From a phage, in sequence record PZ019083.1: a stretch of 41,142 nt of DNA; one strand, 5' to 3'. The notes beneath the pieces were generated by a model. It had not been told where the DNA came from and did not search any database. It saw only the letters and a program-made list of their open reading frames with translations. Of this stretch, positions 1-9,124 are shown one piece after another. Each line of letters starts with the position of its first letter. The stretch's first letter is position 1. A program made the translations under genes and the position numbers.

Positions 1-561
1 ATGCAAGGGGATTCTATGAAGCTGAAACTTAAGCAGCCATCGCCAGAGGTGGTGCAAGCTGCACATGAAGAAGCTGTTAGCGCAAACCGTCGCCGTAAAC
101 GACCGCGCGGTAAACAGAGCCTTTATCAATCATCCCGTAATTCCGCCGCATTGTGGGACCCGGACTATTGTGACGCGTTAATCGAGTTCTTCGACCGCAC
201 GTCATGGGAACTTGTACCTACGTCCAAGGGCGACGAACGCCCGTTGATTCAGGATAAGCCACCATCGCTGGCCCGCTTCGCCTTACACATCGGCGTAACT
301 ATCCCAATTATTAAGCTATGGCTGCGTGAGATTCCCGCATTTGCGGAAGCCTATGAGACAGCACAGGCGCTGGAAGAGGCATACTTCACTGAGACGGGGG
401 CGGCGGGCATCTCTGCTACATTTGCTGCCGCGAAACTGGGCCTTAGCAAAGAGAAACCGGTTGAGTCCACCGAAGAAACAGCACCGACCGAGATTGTTTT
501 CAGTGTTGCAGAGCCTGTAGGTAAAATCGTAACAACTAACATGGGCGAGGTAGAGGAATGA
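1..561 (+). CDS. terminase small subunit (may be 5'-incomplete at window edge; alternative ATG at 16)
   Basis: Basic N-terminus, 4-nt overlap with the downstream large terminase gene; position and size typical. Confidence 0.55.
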   Translation: MQGDSMKLKLKQPSPEVVQAAHEEAVSANRRRKRPRGKQSLYQSSRNSAALWDPDYCDALIEFFDRTSWELVPTSKGDERPLIQDKPPSLARFALHIGVTIPIIKLWLREIPAFAEAYETAQALEEAYFTETGAAGISATFAAAKLGLSKEKPVESTEETAPTEIVFSVAEPVGKIVTTNMGEVEE

Positions 562-1808
562 GTATTCAGCTATCCGCGCCCCAGGCTCTGTTCCTGAATT
601 GCGATAACAAGTACAAGGCCTACGTCGGTGGCTTCGGCAGCGGTAAGACATTTGTTGGTTGCCTTGACCTGCTTACGTTTATGCTAAAGCACCCCGGTAC
701 GCGCCTGGGCTACTTCGGCCCCACATACCCAGCTATCCGCGACATCTTCTACCCAACATTCGAGGAAGCGGCTAACCTGCTTGGCCTTGATGTGCTGGTT
801 AAATCCGGCGACAAAGAAGTCGTGGTTACTCGTGGTAAGACGGTGCTCGGGACCATTATCTGCCGTTCGATGGATAATCCCGGCTCGATAGTCGGTTTCA
901 AAATCGCGGCTGCGGTCGTGGATGAGCTCGATGTATTGAGCCGCGAGAAAGCCGAGCTGGCGTGGAACAAAATTGTTGCTCGTATGCGTCTGGTTATACC
1001 AGGTGTAATTAACCACATCTCCGTCACCACGACGCCGGAAGGGTTCAAGTTCGTCTATGCCAAGTTCAAAGAGAACCCGACGCCGAGTTACTCAATGGTG
1101 CAGGCATCAACTCACGAGAACGCGCGATTCCTGCCACCGGATTACATTAGCTCGCTGACAGAGACTTACCCCGCGCAACTGATTAACGCGTATCTGAACG
1201 GGGAGTTCGTTAACCTGACCTCCGGCAGCGTGTATTACGCCTATGAGCGCCGTAAGCACCGCAGTAAAGAGACAATTCAACCTGGCGACACGCTGTACAT
1301 CGGGCAGGACTTCAACGTTACGAAGAACGCAAGCGCCGTGTATGTGCAACGTAAAGATGGCTGGCACGCTGTAGCAGAACTGAAAGGCCTGTTCGACACA
1401 CCAGACACCGTGCGCGTAATTACTGAGAGGTGGAAGTCACAAGGCCACCGCATAGTCATTTACCCCGACGCCAGCGGCAAGAACCGCAAAACCAACTCGG
1501 CATCAATCTCAGATATTGCATTACTCCAGCAGGCTGGGTTTGATGTTCGCGCTAAATCCGCCAACCCCCCGGTTAAAGACCGTGTTTTAGCCGTGAATAC
1601 CGCGCTGGAAAAAGGTAAGCTGTGGGTTAACGACCACTTATGCCCTGAGATAGCGAAGACGCTGGAGCAGCAGGCATACGACGATAACGGAGAGCCAGCT
1701 AAAGACGGCATCATTGACCATATGGCAGATGCTCTCGGCTATCCTGTAGTTTACGAGATGCCGGTGGTTAAACCAGTAATCAACATCCCGGTGACTTTCG
1801 CACTTTAA
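558..1808 (+). CDS. terminase large subunit
   Basis: Walker A-like motif GGFGSGKT near N-terminus, ATPase plus nuclease-sized protein (416 aa), precedes portal. Confidence 0.85.
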   Translation: MSIQLSAPQALFLNCDNKYKAYVGGFGSGKTFVGCLDLLTFMLKHPGTRLGYFGPTYPAIRDIFYPTFEEAANLLGLDVLVKSGDKEVVVTRGKTVLGTIICRSMDNPGSIVGFKIAAAVVDELDVLSREKAELAWNKIVARMRLVIPGVINHISVTTTPEGFKFVYAKFKENPTPSYSMVQASTHENARFLPPDYISSLTETYPAQLINAYLNGEFVNLTSGSVYYAYERRKHRSKETIQPGDTLYIGQDFNVTKNASAVYVQRKDGWHAVAELKGLFDTPDTVRVITERWKSQGHRIVIYPDASGKNRKTNSASISDIALLQQAGFDVRAKSANPPVKDRVLAVNTALEKGKLWVNDHLCPEIAKTLEQQAYDDNGEPAKDGIIDHMADALGYPVVYEMPVVKPVINIPVTFAL

Positions 1809-1819
1809 GAGGACAACAA

Positions 1820-3313
1820 ATGGTTTCCGCAAACATTAACGCAGGGCAAGGGCAGAACGTTAAAACCCGCCACCGCCAGTACGAAGAATATTTTCCTAAG
1901 TGGCAGAAGGTGCGACATGCGCTTTCTGGTGACCTGACATCATATTTACGTGATGTCGGTAAGAACGAGCCAGACCCGGTTTACGGTCGCCAGCGTCAGG
2001 CCGAATATGAAGCGGGGGCTATTTGCTACAACTTCACCAAGCGAACGCTTTCCGGCATGGTAGGCAGCGTAATGCGCAAAGACCCTGAGATGATTATTCC
2101 GTCTCAGATGGAGTACCTGACCACTAACTGCGACGGCTCCGGCGTTGGCCTGTGGCAGCACGCGCAGGATACCCTGTATGAGATTGACGCCGTTGGGCGC
2201 GGCGGTTTGCTGGTGGACGCGCCCGCGGTAGAAGTCGCCACTATGGCGGAGCAAAACGAGGGCTTACTAAACCCTACAATTGCTTTCTACACAGCCGAGA
2301 ACATCATCAACTGGCGTCTTCAGCGCGTAGGGTCGGTCAATCGTGTTGTTATGGTAGTATTGCGTGAAGAATACGAGTACACCGACGGCACGGATGAGTT
2401 CAGCCCTAACTATGGTGAACAATACCGCGTCCTTGACATCTTCGAAGGCCAGTATCGCCAGCGTCTGTACCGCTTTAACCAGAAAGGCGCACTGATGGAA
2501 GGTGGCTATATCGAAATCTTCCCGAAACTCGGTAATATTCCGGTAGGGGTGATTCCGTTCACGTTCATCGGCGCGGGAAATAACGACTCAACCCCTGATG
2601 ATGCCCCTTTGCTGCCGTTGGCTGAACTTAATATCGGGCATTTCCGTAACAGCGCGGACAATGAGGAGTCCAGCTTCGTAGTAGGCCAGCCTACTTTGTT
2701 CATCGCCCCGGGCGAGAACATGAGCGCCGAGCAATGGGTGACAGCCAACCCTCACGGCGTGCGCATGGGGTCGCGTTCCGGCCATAACATCGGCTATGGC
2801 GGCAATGCGTTTCTGGTTCAGGCGGGGGAGAACAACCTCGCCAAACAGAACATGCTGGATAAAGAGAATCAGGCCATCCAGATTGGCGCACAGCTTATTA
2901 CCCCGACGCAGCAAATCACTGCTGAATCGGCGCGCCTGCAACGCGGCGCTGACACGTCCGTTATGGCAACAATCGCACGTAACGTAAGCATGGCGTATAC
3001 CGATGCGCTGAAATGGGTTGCGGGTATGCTTGGGATTAGTGACGGTACTGAAATTGAGTTCAAACTGAATATGGAGTTCTTCCTGCAGCCGATGACCGCT
3101 CAGGACCGCGCTCAGTGGATGGCAGATATTAACGCTGGCCTGCTACCTGCTACCGCTTACTACGCTGCGTTGCGTAAGGCGGGGGTAACAGACTGGACGG
3201 ACGAGGATATTCGGAACGCTATCGAGGATGCGCCACTGCCGTTAGGTGCTGCCGCGCAGGTGGCGGGAGAGATTCCGCAGTCGGCACAGCAACAAGACGC
3301 CGCTCAGCCGTAA
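1820..3313 (+). CDS. portal protein
   Basis: 497 aa ORF directly after terminase, followed by hairpin terminator. Confidence 0.7.
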   Translation: MVSANINAGQGQNVKTRHRQYEEYFPKWQKVRHALSGDLTSYLRDVGKNEPDPVYGRQRQAEYEAGAICYNFTKRTLSGMVGSVMRKDPEMIIPSQMEYLTTNCDGSGVGLWQHAQDTLYEIDAVGRGGLLVDAPAVEVATMAEQNEGLLNPTIAFYTAENIINWRLQRVGSVNRVVMVVLREEYEYTDGTDEFSPNYGEQYRVLDIFEGQYRQRLYRFNQKGALMEGGYIEIFPKLGNIPVGVIPFTFIGAGNNDSTPDDAPLLPLAELNIGHFRNSADNEESSFVVGQPTLFIAPGENMSAEQWVTANPHGVRMGSRSGHNIGYGGNAFLVQAGENNLAKQNMLDKENQAIQIGAQLITPTQQITAESARLQRGADTSVMATIARNVSMAYTDALKWVAGMLGISDGTEIEFKLNMEFFLQPMTAQDRAQWMADINAGLLPATAYYAALRKAGVTDWTDEDIRNAIEDAPLPLGAAAQVAGEIPQSAQQQDAAQP

Positions 3314-3323
3314 GTTCACCTAT

Positions 3324-3345
3324 AGCCCCGAAAGGGGCTTTCTTA
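3324..3345 (+). terminator. intrinsic terminator (AGCCCC-GAAA-GGGGCT + T-run)
   Basis: Perfect GC hairpin followed by T-rich tract after portal stop. Confidence 0.6.
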
Positions 3346-3349
3346 TAGT

Positions 3350-4426
3350 ATGCTATTAACTTTAGCACCACAGGGTTTAACTATGAGCTTACTTACATCC
3401 CTAATCAGCCACCAGATATGGCTGCAACGAACCGCATCCGGCGAAGTGAAAGACCTCGCACCGTTCATTCAGGAAATGCGGGACGAAATCAAACGGCAGG
3501 TGCTGTTATTCGGTGACGACGGGCGAAGCACCGCGCGGCTGAATAAACTGTTACGCGACCTTGAAGAAGCGCTAACCGGACTTACCGGCGACTGGCAAAC
3601 AAAGCTGACAGAAGACCTCAAGGAGCTGGCGGCGTATGAGGCTGAGTGGAACGTAAAGACGCTGGCCACCAACGTAGATGCGGAATTTGTCACGCCTACC
3701 GCCGAACAGGTGTGGGCTGCCGCTGAGTTTCAACCCTTATCATTAAGCGACAAGCCTGTTGATTTCACTAAGCTGATGTCGGGATGGGGTGAAACCGAAG
3801 TAGCACGTCTCGTAACCGGCGTTAAGATGGGCTTTGTTCAGGGTAAGACAACACGGCAGATTGTTACAGAAGTAGTCGGTAAAGGTGGGCTGGCTGACGT
3901 ATCAGAGAAATATGCGGCTACAGTAATCCGCACCGCGCTGTCCCACGTATCCAACGAAGCCCGTAACGAGACGTACCGCCAGAACGACGACATCATCGAG
4001 AAGTACGAGTGGGTGTCGACGCTGGACAGCCGTACCAGTACGATTTGTAGGGCCAGAGACGGAATGACGTGGGAAATCGGTAAGGGGCCGATGCCGCCAG
4101 CACATCCGAATTGCCGGAGTACCACTGCACCAGTAATCAGTTCGGAGTTCGACTTCCTCGATAAGGGAGCAAAACGAGCAGCTAAGGGTGCGGACGGCGG
4201 TATGCAGGTAAGTGCAGACACCACCTATTATGAGTTCCTGAAACAACAACCGGCATGGTTTCAGGACCAGGCTCTAGGCCCTGTTCGCGGTAAGATTTTC
4301 CGTAACAGCGGTATATCGCCGGAAGAGTTTCGCGTAATATCTGTAGATGGTTTCGGGAATCCGCTCACGCTTAAGCAGATGGCGGAACTCGATAAACGTG
4401 TTGCTGATTATCTGAAAGGGGAATAA
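3350..4426 (+). CDS. head morphogenesis / minor head protein (Mu F or SPP1 gp7-like)
   Basis: 358 aa ORF after portal; C-terminal Cys/His-containing region; start could instead be ATG 3371. Confidence 0.55.
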   Translation: MLLTLAPQGLTMSLLTSLISHQIWLQRTASGEVKDLAPFIQEMRDEIKRQVLLFGDDGRSTARLNKLLRDLEEALTGLTGDWQTKLTEDLKELAAYEAEWNVKTLATNVDAEFVTPTAEQVWAAAEFQPLSLSDKPVDFTKLMSGWGETEVARLVTGVKMGFVQGKTTRQIVTEVVGKGGLADVSEKYAATVIRTALSHVSNEARNETYRQNDDIIEKYEWVSTLDSRTSTICRARDGMTWEIGKGPMPPAHPNCRSTTAPVISSEFDFLDKGAKRAAKGADGGMQVSADTTYYEFLKQQPAWFQDQALGPVRGKIFRNSGISPEEFRVISVDGFGNPLTLKQMAELDKRVADYLKGE

Positions 4427-4887
4427 TGATGGGCTTTTTCAAAGTAACTGATGTACCGTCACGCCGCGTAGTACAGTACGCCCGTGTGTCTGGTTCCGGC
4501 GAGAACGTAACCTACGTTGAAGATGAAAGTGTACTAGGTACACCCGTAGACGAGATGCCCTACGCAGACAAGACAGGTATCGCGCTCTCTGCCGCTGGTA
4601 TGCTTTATGAGATTCCGTATCTGGCTGACGCAGGCGACGTGTACTTCTCGGCGCAACCGCAGGACGCTGAACTGGCAGACGGCAGCGCAACTATCACTGT
4701 CGAAGTTAAGGCGGGCAAAGCGCCGTATGCTCTTACCTGGTACAAAGACGGAAAGGAAGTTGTAAACGCACCTGAAGAGGCCTTGTCTCTGACGGTTAAC
4801 GCAGTAGGTGAATACTTCGTTAAAGTCACCGATGCCAATGGTGTGGAGACGGTAAGCAAAGCGGCGAAGGTCACTAAGCCAGAATAA
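4426..4887 (+). CDS. hypothetical virion-associated protein with Ig-like C-terminal region
   Basis: ATGA start-stop overlap with upstream gene; C-terminal beta-rich repeat-like segment. Confidence 0.4.
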   Translation: MMGFFKVTDVPSRRVVQYARVSGSGENVTYVEDESVLGTPVDEMPYADKTGIALSAAGMLYEIPYLADAGDVYFSAQPQDAELADGSATITVEVKAGKAPYALTWYKDGKEVVNAPEEALSLTVNAVGEYFVKVTDANGVETVSKAAKVTKPE

Positions 4888-4892
4888 ACTGA

Positions 4893-4913
4893 AGCCCCGA
4901 AAGGGGCTTTTTA
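4893..4913 (+). terminator. intrinsic terminator
   Basis: AAGCCCC-GAAA-GGGGCTT hairpin followed by TTTTT. Confidence 0.6.
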
Positions 4914-4963
4914 GTGCCTGTGATTATTCCAGTTATTCCACTCAATTGTAAATGTTGGAATAA

Positions 4964-4977
4964 ACTATTCGAATAGT
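4964..4977. promoter_or_regulatory. 14-bp perfect palindrome ACTATTCGAATAGT abutting a TTGACT -35-like hexamer (4977-4982)
   Basis: Perfect dyad; the half-site ACTATTC recurs in promoters elsewhere in the window. Confidence 0.4.
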
Positions 4978-5024
4978 TGACTTTTCACTGAAAATATGAT
5001 AAGCTCCACCTGAGCTTGTGAAGT

Positions 5025-5171
5025 ATGAACAAGCGACCGCGGCGCGGGCAGGTAACGGAGCGGGACGTAAGTCCTGAGTGTAGTTACGCTGACGCGTTCG
5101 GAAGGGCCATACTCTATTGCTTGTGTAAAAAAGTAACGGGTTTACTGAGATTACGCCGTTTCTATGTTTAA
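5025..5171 (+). CDS. possible 48-aa basic Cys-containing mini-protein (or noncoding RNA)
   Basis: ATG-initiated ORF between promoter-like site and hairpin 5187-5206; weak RBS. Confidence 0.2.
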   Translation: MNKRPRRGQVTERDVSPECSYADAFGRAILYCLCKKVTGLLRLRRFYV

Positions 5172-5230
5172 ATGATAAGGACTAGCGCCCCGCTTTAAGG
5201 CGGGGCTTTACTTATCGAGAAAGGGGAAAC

Positions 5231-5617
5231 ATGAATCTTAAAGCAACTGTCGTAGCCGGAGCATGTTTCGTTGTCCTGGCCTACGCACACAGCATTTATC
5301 AGTATCGCAGCGGCTGGAACGAAGGCCGGGCGAATCTCGTTTCGCAGCAACAGCAGAAAGCACAGGCTGAGTTAGCGAAGAAAACACAACGGCAGCAGCA
5401 GGATGAATCAAAGGCCGCAGCCGCTGACAACGAAGGCAAGACGAAATCAGAGGTGATTACACGTGAAGTCGTTAAGTACATTAAAACGCCTGGTCGCAGC
5501 GTGTGCACTTTCGACGATGCTCGCGTCCTGCTCAAGTCCCGCGCTGTTGCCAACGCCAATTCCATCCCCGGATACGACAATGATGCAGCCGCCGTGCAAG
5601 TTGGCCCCGCCAAGTAG
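5231..5617 (+). CDS. i-spanin (Rz-like inner membrane spanin)
   Basis: N-terminal TM helix, Q/A/K-rich coiled-coil region, strong RBS AAAGGGGA; contains start of overlapped lipoprotein gene. Confidence 0.6.
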   Translation: MNLKATVVAGACFVVLAYAHSIYQYRSGWNEGRANLVSQQQQKAQAELAKKTQRQQQDESKAAAADNEGKTKSEVITREVVKYIKTPGRSVCTFDDARVLLKSRAVANANSIPGYDNDAAAVQVGPAK

Positions 5618-5726
5618 TGATGCTGACGAGGATTTGGCTATCGACGTTCAGAACGCAGAATGCGCCCGCCAGAATCGTCTGAAGGTATTCCGGTTGCAGG
5701 ATTACGTGAGGAATATTCTGGAATAG
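5463..5726 (+). CDS. o-spanin (Rz1-like outer membrane lipoprotein), +1 frame overlapping i-spanin 3' end
   Basis: GTG start, signal peptide with lipobox LASC (Cys23), proline-rich mature region with extra Cys. Confidence 0.55.
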   Translation: MKSLSTLKRLVAACALSTMLASCSSPALLPTPIPSPDTTMMQPPCKLAPPSSDADEDLAIDVQNAECARQNRLKVFRLQDYVRNILE

Positions 5727-5805
5727 TTGCCTTGTATGTTGGAATAATTTATTCTTGACATGTAAATCCGGGTGGCCCGGGTTCCAACGTCCAGGGGACA
5801 TACTG

Positions 5806-6432
5806 ATGAGCGAAGAAGTGAAAGACGAAACTATCGAACAACAAGAGACTAAGACCACGTTTACCAAAGAGGAAGTTGACGCGCTGGTATCAGGTCTTAA
5901 AGCTAACAACGAGAAACTCTTGTCTGAAAAGAAAGCTGCTGCCGCTGCCGCTAAAGAAGCCGCAGATGCGAAGCTGAAAGCCGAACAGGAACGCGCAAAA
6001 CAGAACGGCGAACTTGAGGCATTCGAGAAAACGTTACGTAGTCAGTATGAGCCAGTACTAGCCGAGAAAGACGGTAAGATTAACAAAATGGCTGAGCGTA
6101 TCCTCGGCGCAGAACGTAAATCAGTTATCAGCCAGTTGTCTGGCATGTTGATTGATGAGAGCGCAGCGGATATCATCGCTATGATGGTCAAGACCGAATT
6201 CGACGGCGATGACGTTGTGACCAAGTTCACTGGTGCAGATGGTAACGTCATCACCACCGACGCAGAGCAATTTAAAAAGTATCTGCGTGAGCACAAAGCA
6301 TTCTCGCATCTGATTAAAGCAGATGCAGCAACCGGCGGCGGGGCTTCCGGTAACAAAAATTCTACTGGCGGGGCCGGTGGTACGGACGTAATCCAGCAAA
6401 AACTTAACGCCAAATACGGCAAACGAGGATAA
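5806..6432 (+). CDS. head scaffolding protein
   Basis: Acidic, K/E/A-rich coiled-coil protein immediately upstream of major capsid gene. Confidence 0.55.
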   Translation: MSEEVKDETIEQQETKTTFTKEEVDALVSGLKANNEKLLSEKKAAAAAAKEAADAKLKAEQERAKQNGELEAFEKTLRSQYEPVLAEKDGKINKMAERILGAERKSVISQLSGMLIDESAADIIAMMVKTEFDGDDVVTKFTGADGNVITTDAEQFKKYLREHKAFSHLIKADAATGGGASGNKNSTGGAGGTDVIQQKLNAKYGKRG

Positions 6433-6438
6433 CAGAAT

Positions 6439-7407
6439 ATGTCTCTGTCAGATATGAAGGTTTATAACGACGATATCGTCGGTACCACTATCGAACTGCT
6501 TGGTCAGAAAACTGACCAGTTTAACGCGGCCTCTGGTGGGGCAATTGTACTGTCTACCGCTTCATGGCGCGGTGACTTCTCCCGTGAGTCTTTCTTTAAC
6601 CAGATTGCCTCAGCTAAACGCCGCGTTGACCGTTACGCGGCTATCGCCTCTCAGGCCGCTACCGCTCTGACTCAGGGAGAGCATGTAGGCGTTAAAGTCG
6701 CTGGCGGCTTCGGTCCAGTACTGTTCGAGCCTGCGCAAATGACCTGGCTGAACGAAGACCCGGCAAGCGCGATTCGTGCTATTTCAGAAGGCTTCTCTGA
6801 CGCACTGTTGGCAGACCAGCTTAACACTGCTGTTGGTGCTGCGGTTGCCGCGGTATCCGGTCAGACCGCACTGGTTAACGACGTATCTGCGTCCGCGGGC
6901 CTGTCCCTGAACGTGCTGAACAACAGCCACGCTAAATTCGGCGACCAGTCTCAGTTGCTGATTACCGACATCATGACTGGCGCGGCTTACCACACTCTGG
7001 TAGACAAAGCGCTGACCAACGCAAACCAGCTGTTCGTTGCCGGTAACGTTATGGTTGTCGATGTTCTCGGTAAGCGTTACGTAATCTCCGACATCCCTGC
7101 GCTGTACGAAGCTGGTACTCCGAACAAGACTAAGGTCCTGTCCGTAGTTGCAAACGGCATCATCGTTGACAATGCTTCTGACATTATCAGCAACATTGAC
7201 ACCAGCAACGGTAACACCCGCATCCAGACCACCTGGCAGGCGGACTACAGCTTCGGCCTGAAACTGAAAGGCTATAGCTGGGATGCTACCAACGGCGGTA
7301 AATCTCCGCTGGATGCAGAACTGTTCACCGCATCCAACTGGGACAAAGCTGTTGCCGAGAACAAGCACACCCTCGGTACTCTGGCAATCGCTGACGCAGA
7401 CCTGTAA
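6439..7407 (+). CDS. major capsid protein
   Basis: 322 aa ORF with strong RBS, after scaffold, followed by strong terminator. Confidence 0.7.
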   Translation: MSLSDMKVYNDDIVGTTIELLGQKTDQFNAASGGAIVLSTASWRGDFSRESFFNQIASAKRRVDRYAAIASQAATALTQGEHVGVKVAGGFGPVLFEPAQMTWLNEDPASAIRAISEGFSDALLADQLNTAVGAAVAAVSGQTALVNDVSASAGLSLNVLNNSHAKFGDQSQLLITDIMTGAAYHTLVDKALTNANQLFVAGNVMVVDVLGKRYVISDIPALYEAGTPNKTKVLSVVANGIIVDNASDIISNIDTSNGNTRIQTTWQADYSFGLKLKGYSWDATNGGKSPLDAELFTASNWDKAVAENKHTLGTLAIADADL

Positions 7408-7426
7408 CACGGTTGATGGCAGAAAC

Positions 7427-7449
7427 AAAGGGGCTTCGGCCCCTTTTTA
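7427..7449 (+). terminator. intrinsic terminator
   Basis: AAGGGGC-TTCG-GCCCCTT hairpin + T-run after capsid gene. Confidence 0.65.
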
Positions 7450-7464
7450 CTAGGAGAAATTAAA

Positions 7465-7632
7465 GTGGAAATTAAATACGTACCAATGCCAATCACCATC
7501 GAGCAGAAGCGCGAATATAACCGTCAGGGGTTCCGCGTGGTAGATGCGCGTTTCGCACCAGAAGGTGCTGTGGTAGAATCGACTAAAGAAGAGACGCCAC
7601 GCCGCCAGCGTCGGGCGAAATCAGAGGAATAA
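7465..7632 (+). CDS. small hypothetical protein (55 aa, GTG start)
   Basis: AGGAG RBS 6 nt upstream of GTG; not in ORF track because under 60 aa. Confidence 0.35.
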   Translation: MEIKYVPMPITIEQKREYNRQGFRVVDARFAPEGAVVESTKEETPRRQRRAKSEE

Positions 7633-7635
7633 TTT

Positions 7636-8148
7636 ATGCCGCTAATCGTGGAAGATGGGTCGATAGTACCTGATGCCGACAGTTACGTTAGTCTGGCTGA
7701 CGCCCGCGCGTTAGCGGCTAATTATGGTCTTGAGCTACCTGCAGACGATACTGCCGCGGAGGTGGCCCTGCGCAACGGTGCTACTTATGTTGGGCTTGCG
7801 GAGCCGCAGATGTGCGGTCGCCGTGTATCCGCCGAGCAGTCTCTGGCATACCCACGTACCGGAACAACACTAAACGGCTTCACCGTAGCTGATAATGTTA
7901 TTCCGTCGCAGTTAATCCGGGCGCAAGTAATCGCTGCTGTTACGTACGGCGTAGGTACGGATGTTCGGGCTAACTCTGATGGACGTTCCGTGCAGACCGA
8001 ACGTGTCGAGGGTGCGGTGACAGTGACCTACTTCAACAACGGCAACAGTGGCGCTACAACCGCCATCACCGCTGCGGACGACGCCTTACGCCCGTTACGG
8101 TGCGGCGGCCTCAATAATGGCTTCTCATTTAACGTGTACCGGGGTTAA
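7636..8148 (+). CDS. head-tail connector / adaptor protein
   Basis: 170 aa, position after capsid gene. Confidence 0.45.
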   Translation: MPLIVEDGSIVPDADSYVSLADARALAANYGLELPADDTAAEVALRNGATYVGLAEPQMCGRRVSAEQSLAYPRTGTTLNGFTVADNVIPSQLIRAQVIAAVTYGVGTDVRANSDGRSVQTERVEGAVTVTYFNNGNSGATTAITAADDALRPLRCGGLNNGFSFNVYRG

Positions 8149-8150
8149 AA

Positions 8151-8765
8151 ATGGCGAAGACTAAAACAGAGATGTTTACCCTTATCGGTGCGAACCTCCC
8201 CGATAACACCACCGGACTTATTACCCCAGCCGCATTGCGCGAGGTAATGACGCAGATGGCTGACTCGCCTATTTACGCCACTCCAGGCGTTAAAGAGGTT
8301 GAAGTTCTCCGTGCCGCGTCGACCGTAACACAAGCGCCCACCGCATTAGATACGGCATTGCAGTTAACTTTTGGCGCTGCGCAGGGTGGCGCATCTGACC
8401 CGGTAATGATTAATGCCGCGGGGCTGGTTACGTTTAACACCGCAGGTAACTACGCCGTTCGCATCAAGTTACAGGCGGGTCGCACGGGCGCGAGCGGTAC
8501 ATCTATCCTGTTGTCACGGATTCTTCTGAACGGTTCTCAGTACGGGTCTCCCGCAGCTACTAAACTGGTAAGCGCCGACGTAACGATTCCGATTGAGTCT
8601 CGCGTCGTTATCAATCCAACCGCGGGCCAGACGTTTGCCGTTCAGATTATGCGGGATAGTGCCGGAAGCAACTACGGCGGCGTATACCCGCAAGCGGCTA
8701 CCGTAACTGCATGGGGGACAGCGCCCTCCGCACTACTGGTTATCTCGAGACTGGAGGCCGCGTAA
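8151..8765 (+). CDS. hypothetical structural protein
   Basis: 204 aa Ala/Thr/Gly-rich ORF in neck region, tightly packed. Confidence 0.4.
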   Translation: MAKTKTEMFTLIGANLPDNTTGLITPAALREVMTQMADSPIYATPGVKEVEVLRAASTVTQAPTALDTALQLTFGAAQGGASDPVMINAAGLVTFNTAGNYAVRIKLQAGRTGASGTSILLSRILLNGSQYGSPAATKLVSADVTIPIESRVVINPTAGQTFAVQIMRDSAGSNYGGVYPQAATVTAWGTAPSALLVISRLEAA

Positions 8766-9124
8766 TGAGCACCGCTTTCAGTAAACGTATGCAAGGCGTG
8801 GGCACACGCCTGCTAACCAAATTCGGTAGCACGGTATCTCTTGTTCGCGCTGGCTCAAAAGTGTGGGATGAAGTTCTCGGTGAGTACGTCTGGTCTTCGG
8901 ATGAAGTGTTGCCGTTGAAAGCGGTCCCGGTTCCGGTAAACGTGGGGCTGGTGAACGGTACGACGATTCAGGCTGGCGACATGATTGTTAAAGCCGATTG
9001 CAGCGTCGTTCCGAAGATGGAAGACAAGGTACAATTCGGCGGCGAGCAATGGTCTGTCGTAGCTATCGAGAAGAAGATGGTTAACGATGATGTCGTGGCC
9101 TACTTTATTCAGGTGAGAAAATGA
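8765..9124 (+). CDS. head closure / head-tail joining protein
   Basis: ATG 8765 overlapping upstream TAA; 119 aa. Confidence 0.4.
   Translation: MSTAFSKRMQGVGTRLLTKFGSTVSLVRAGSKVWDEVLGEYVWSSDEVLPLKAVPVPVNVGLVNGTTIQAGDMIVKADCSVVPKMEDKVQFGGEQWSVVAIEKKMVNDDVVAYFIQVRK

Noticed and set aside
316-651. Minus-strand ORFs (316-651, 351-542) and a plus-frame ORF (326-520) overlapping the terminase small subunit gene
   Set aside because: Embedded in a well-supported coding region, Arg/Cys-rich low-complexity translations, no RBS; typical antisense or off-frame artefacts.
6784-7428. 214-aa minus-strand ORF inside the major capsid gene
   Set aside because: Antisense to a high-confidence structural gene in a unidirectional late operon; composition bias artefact.
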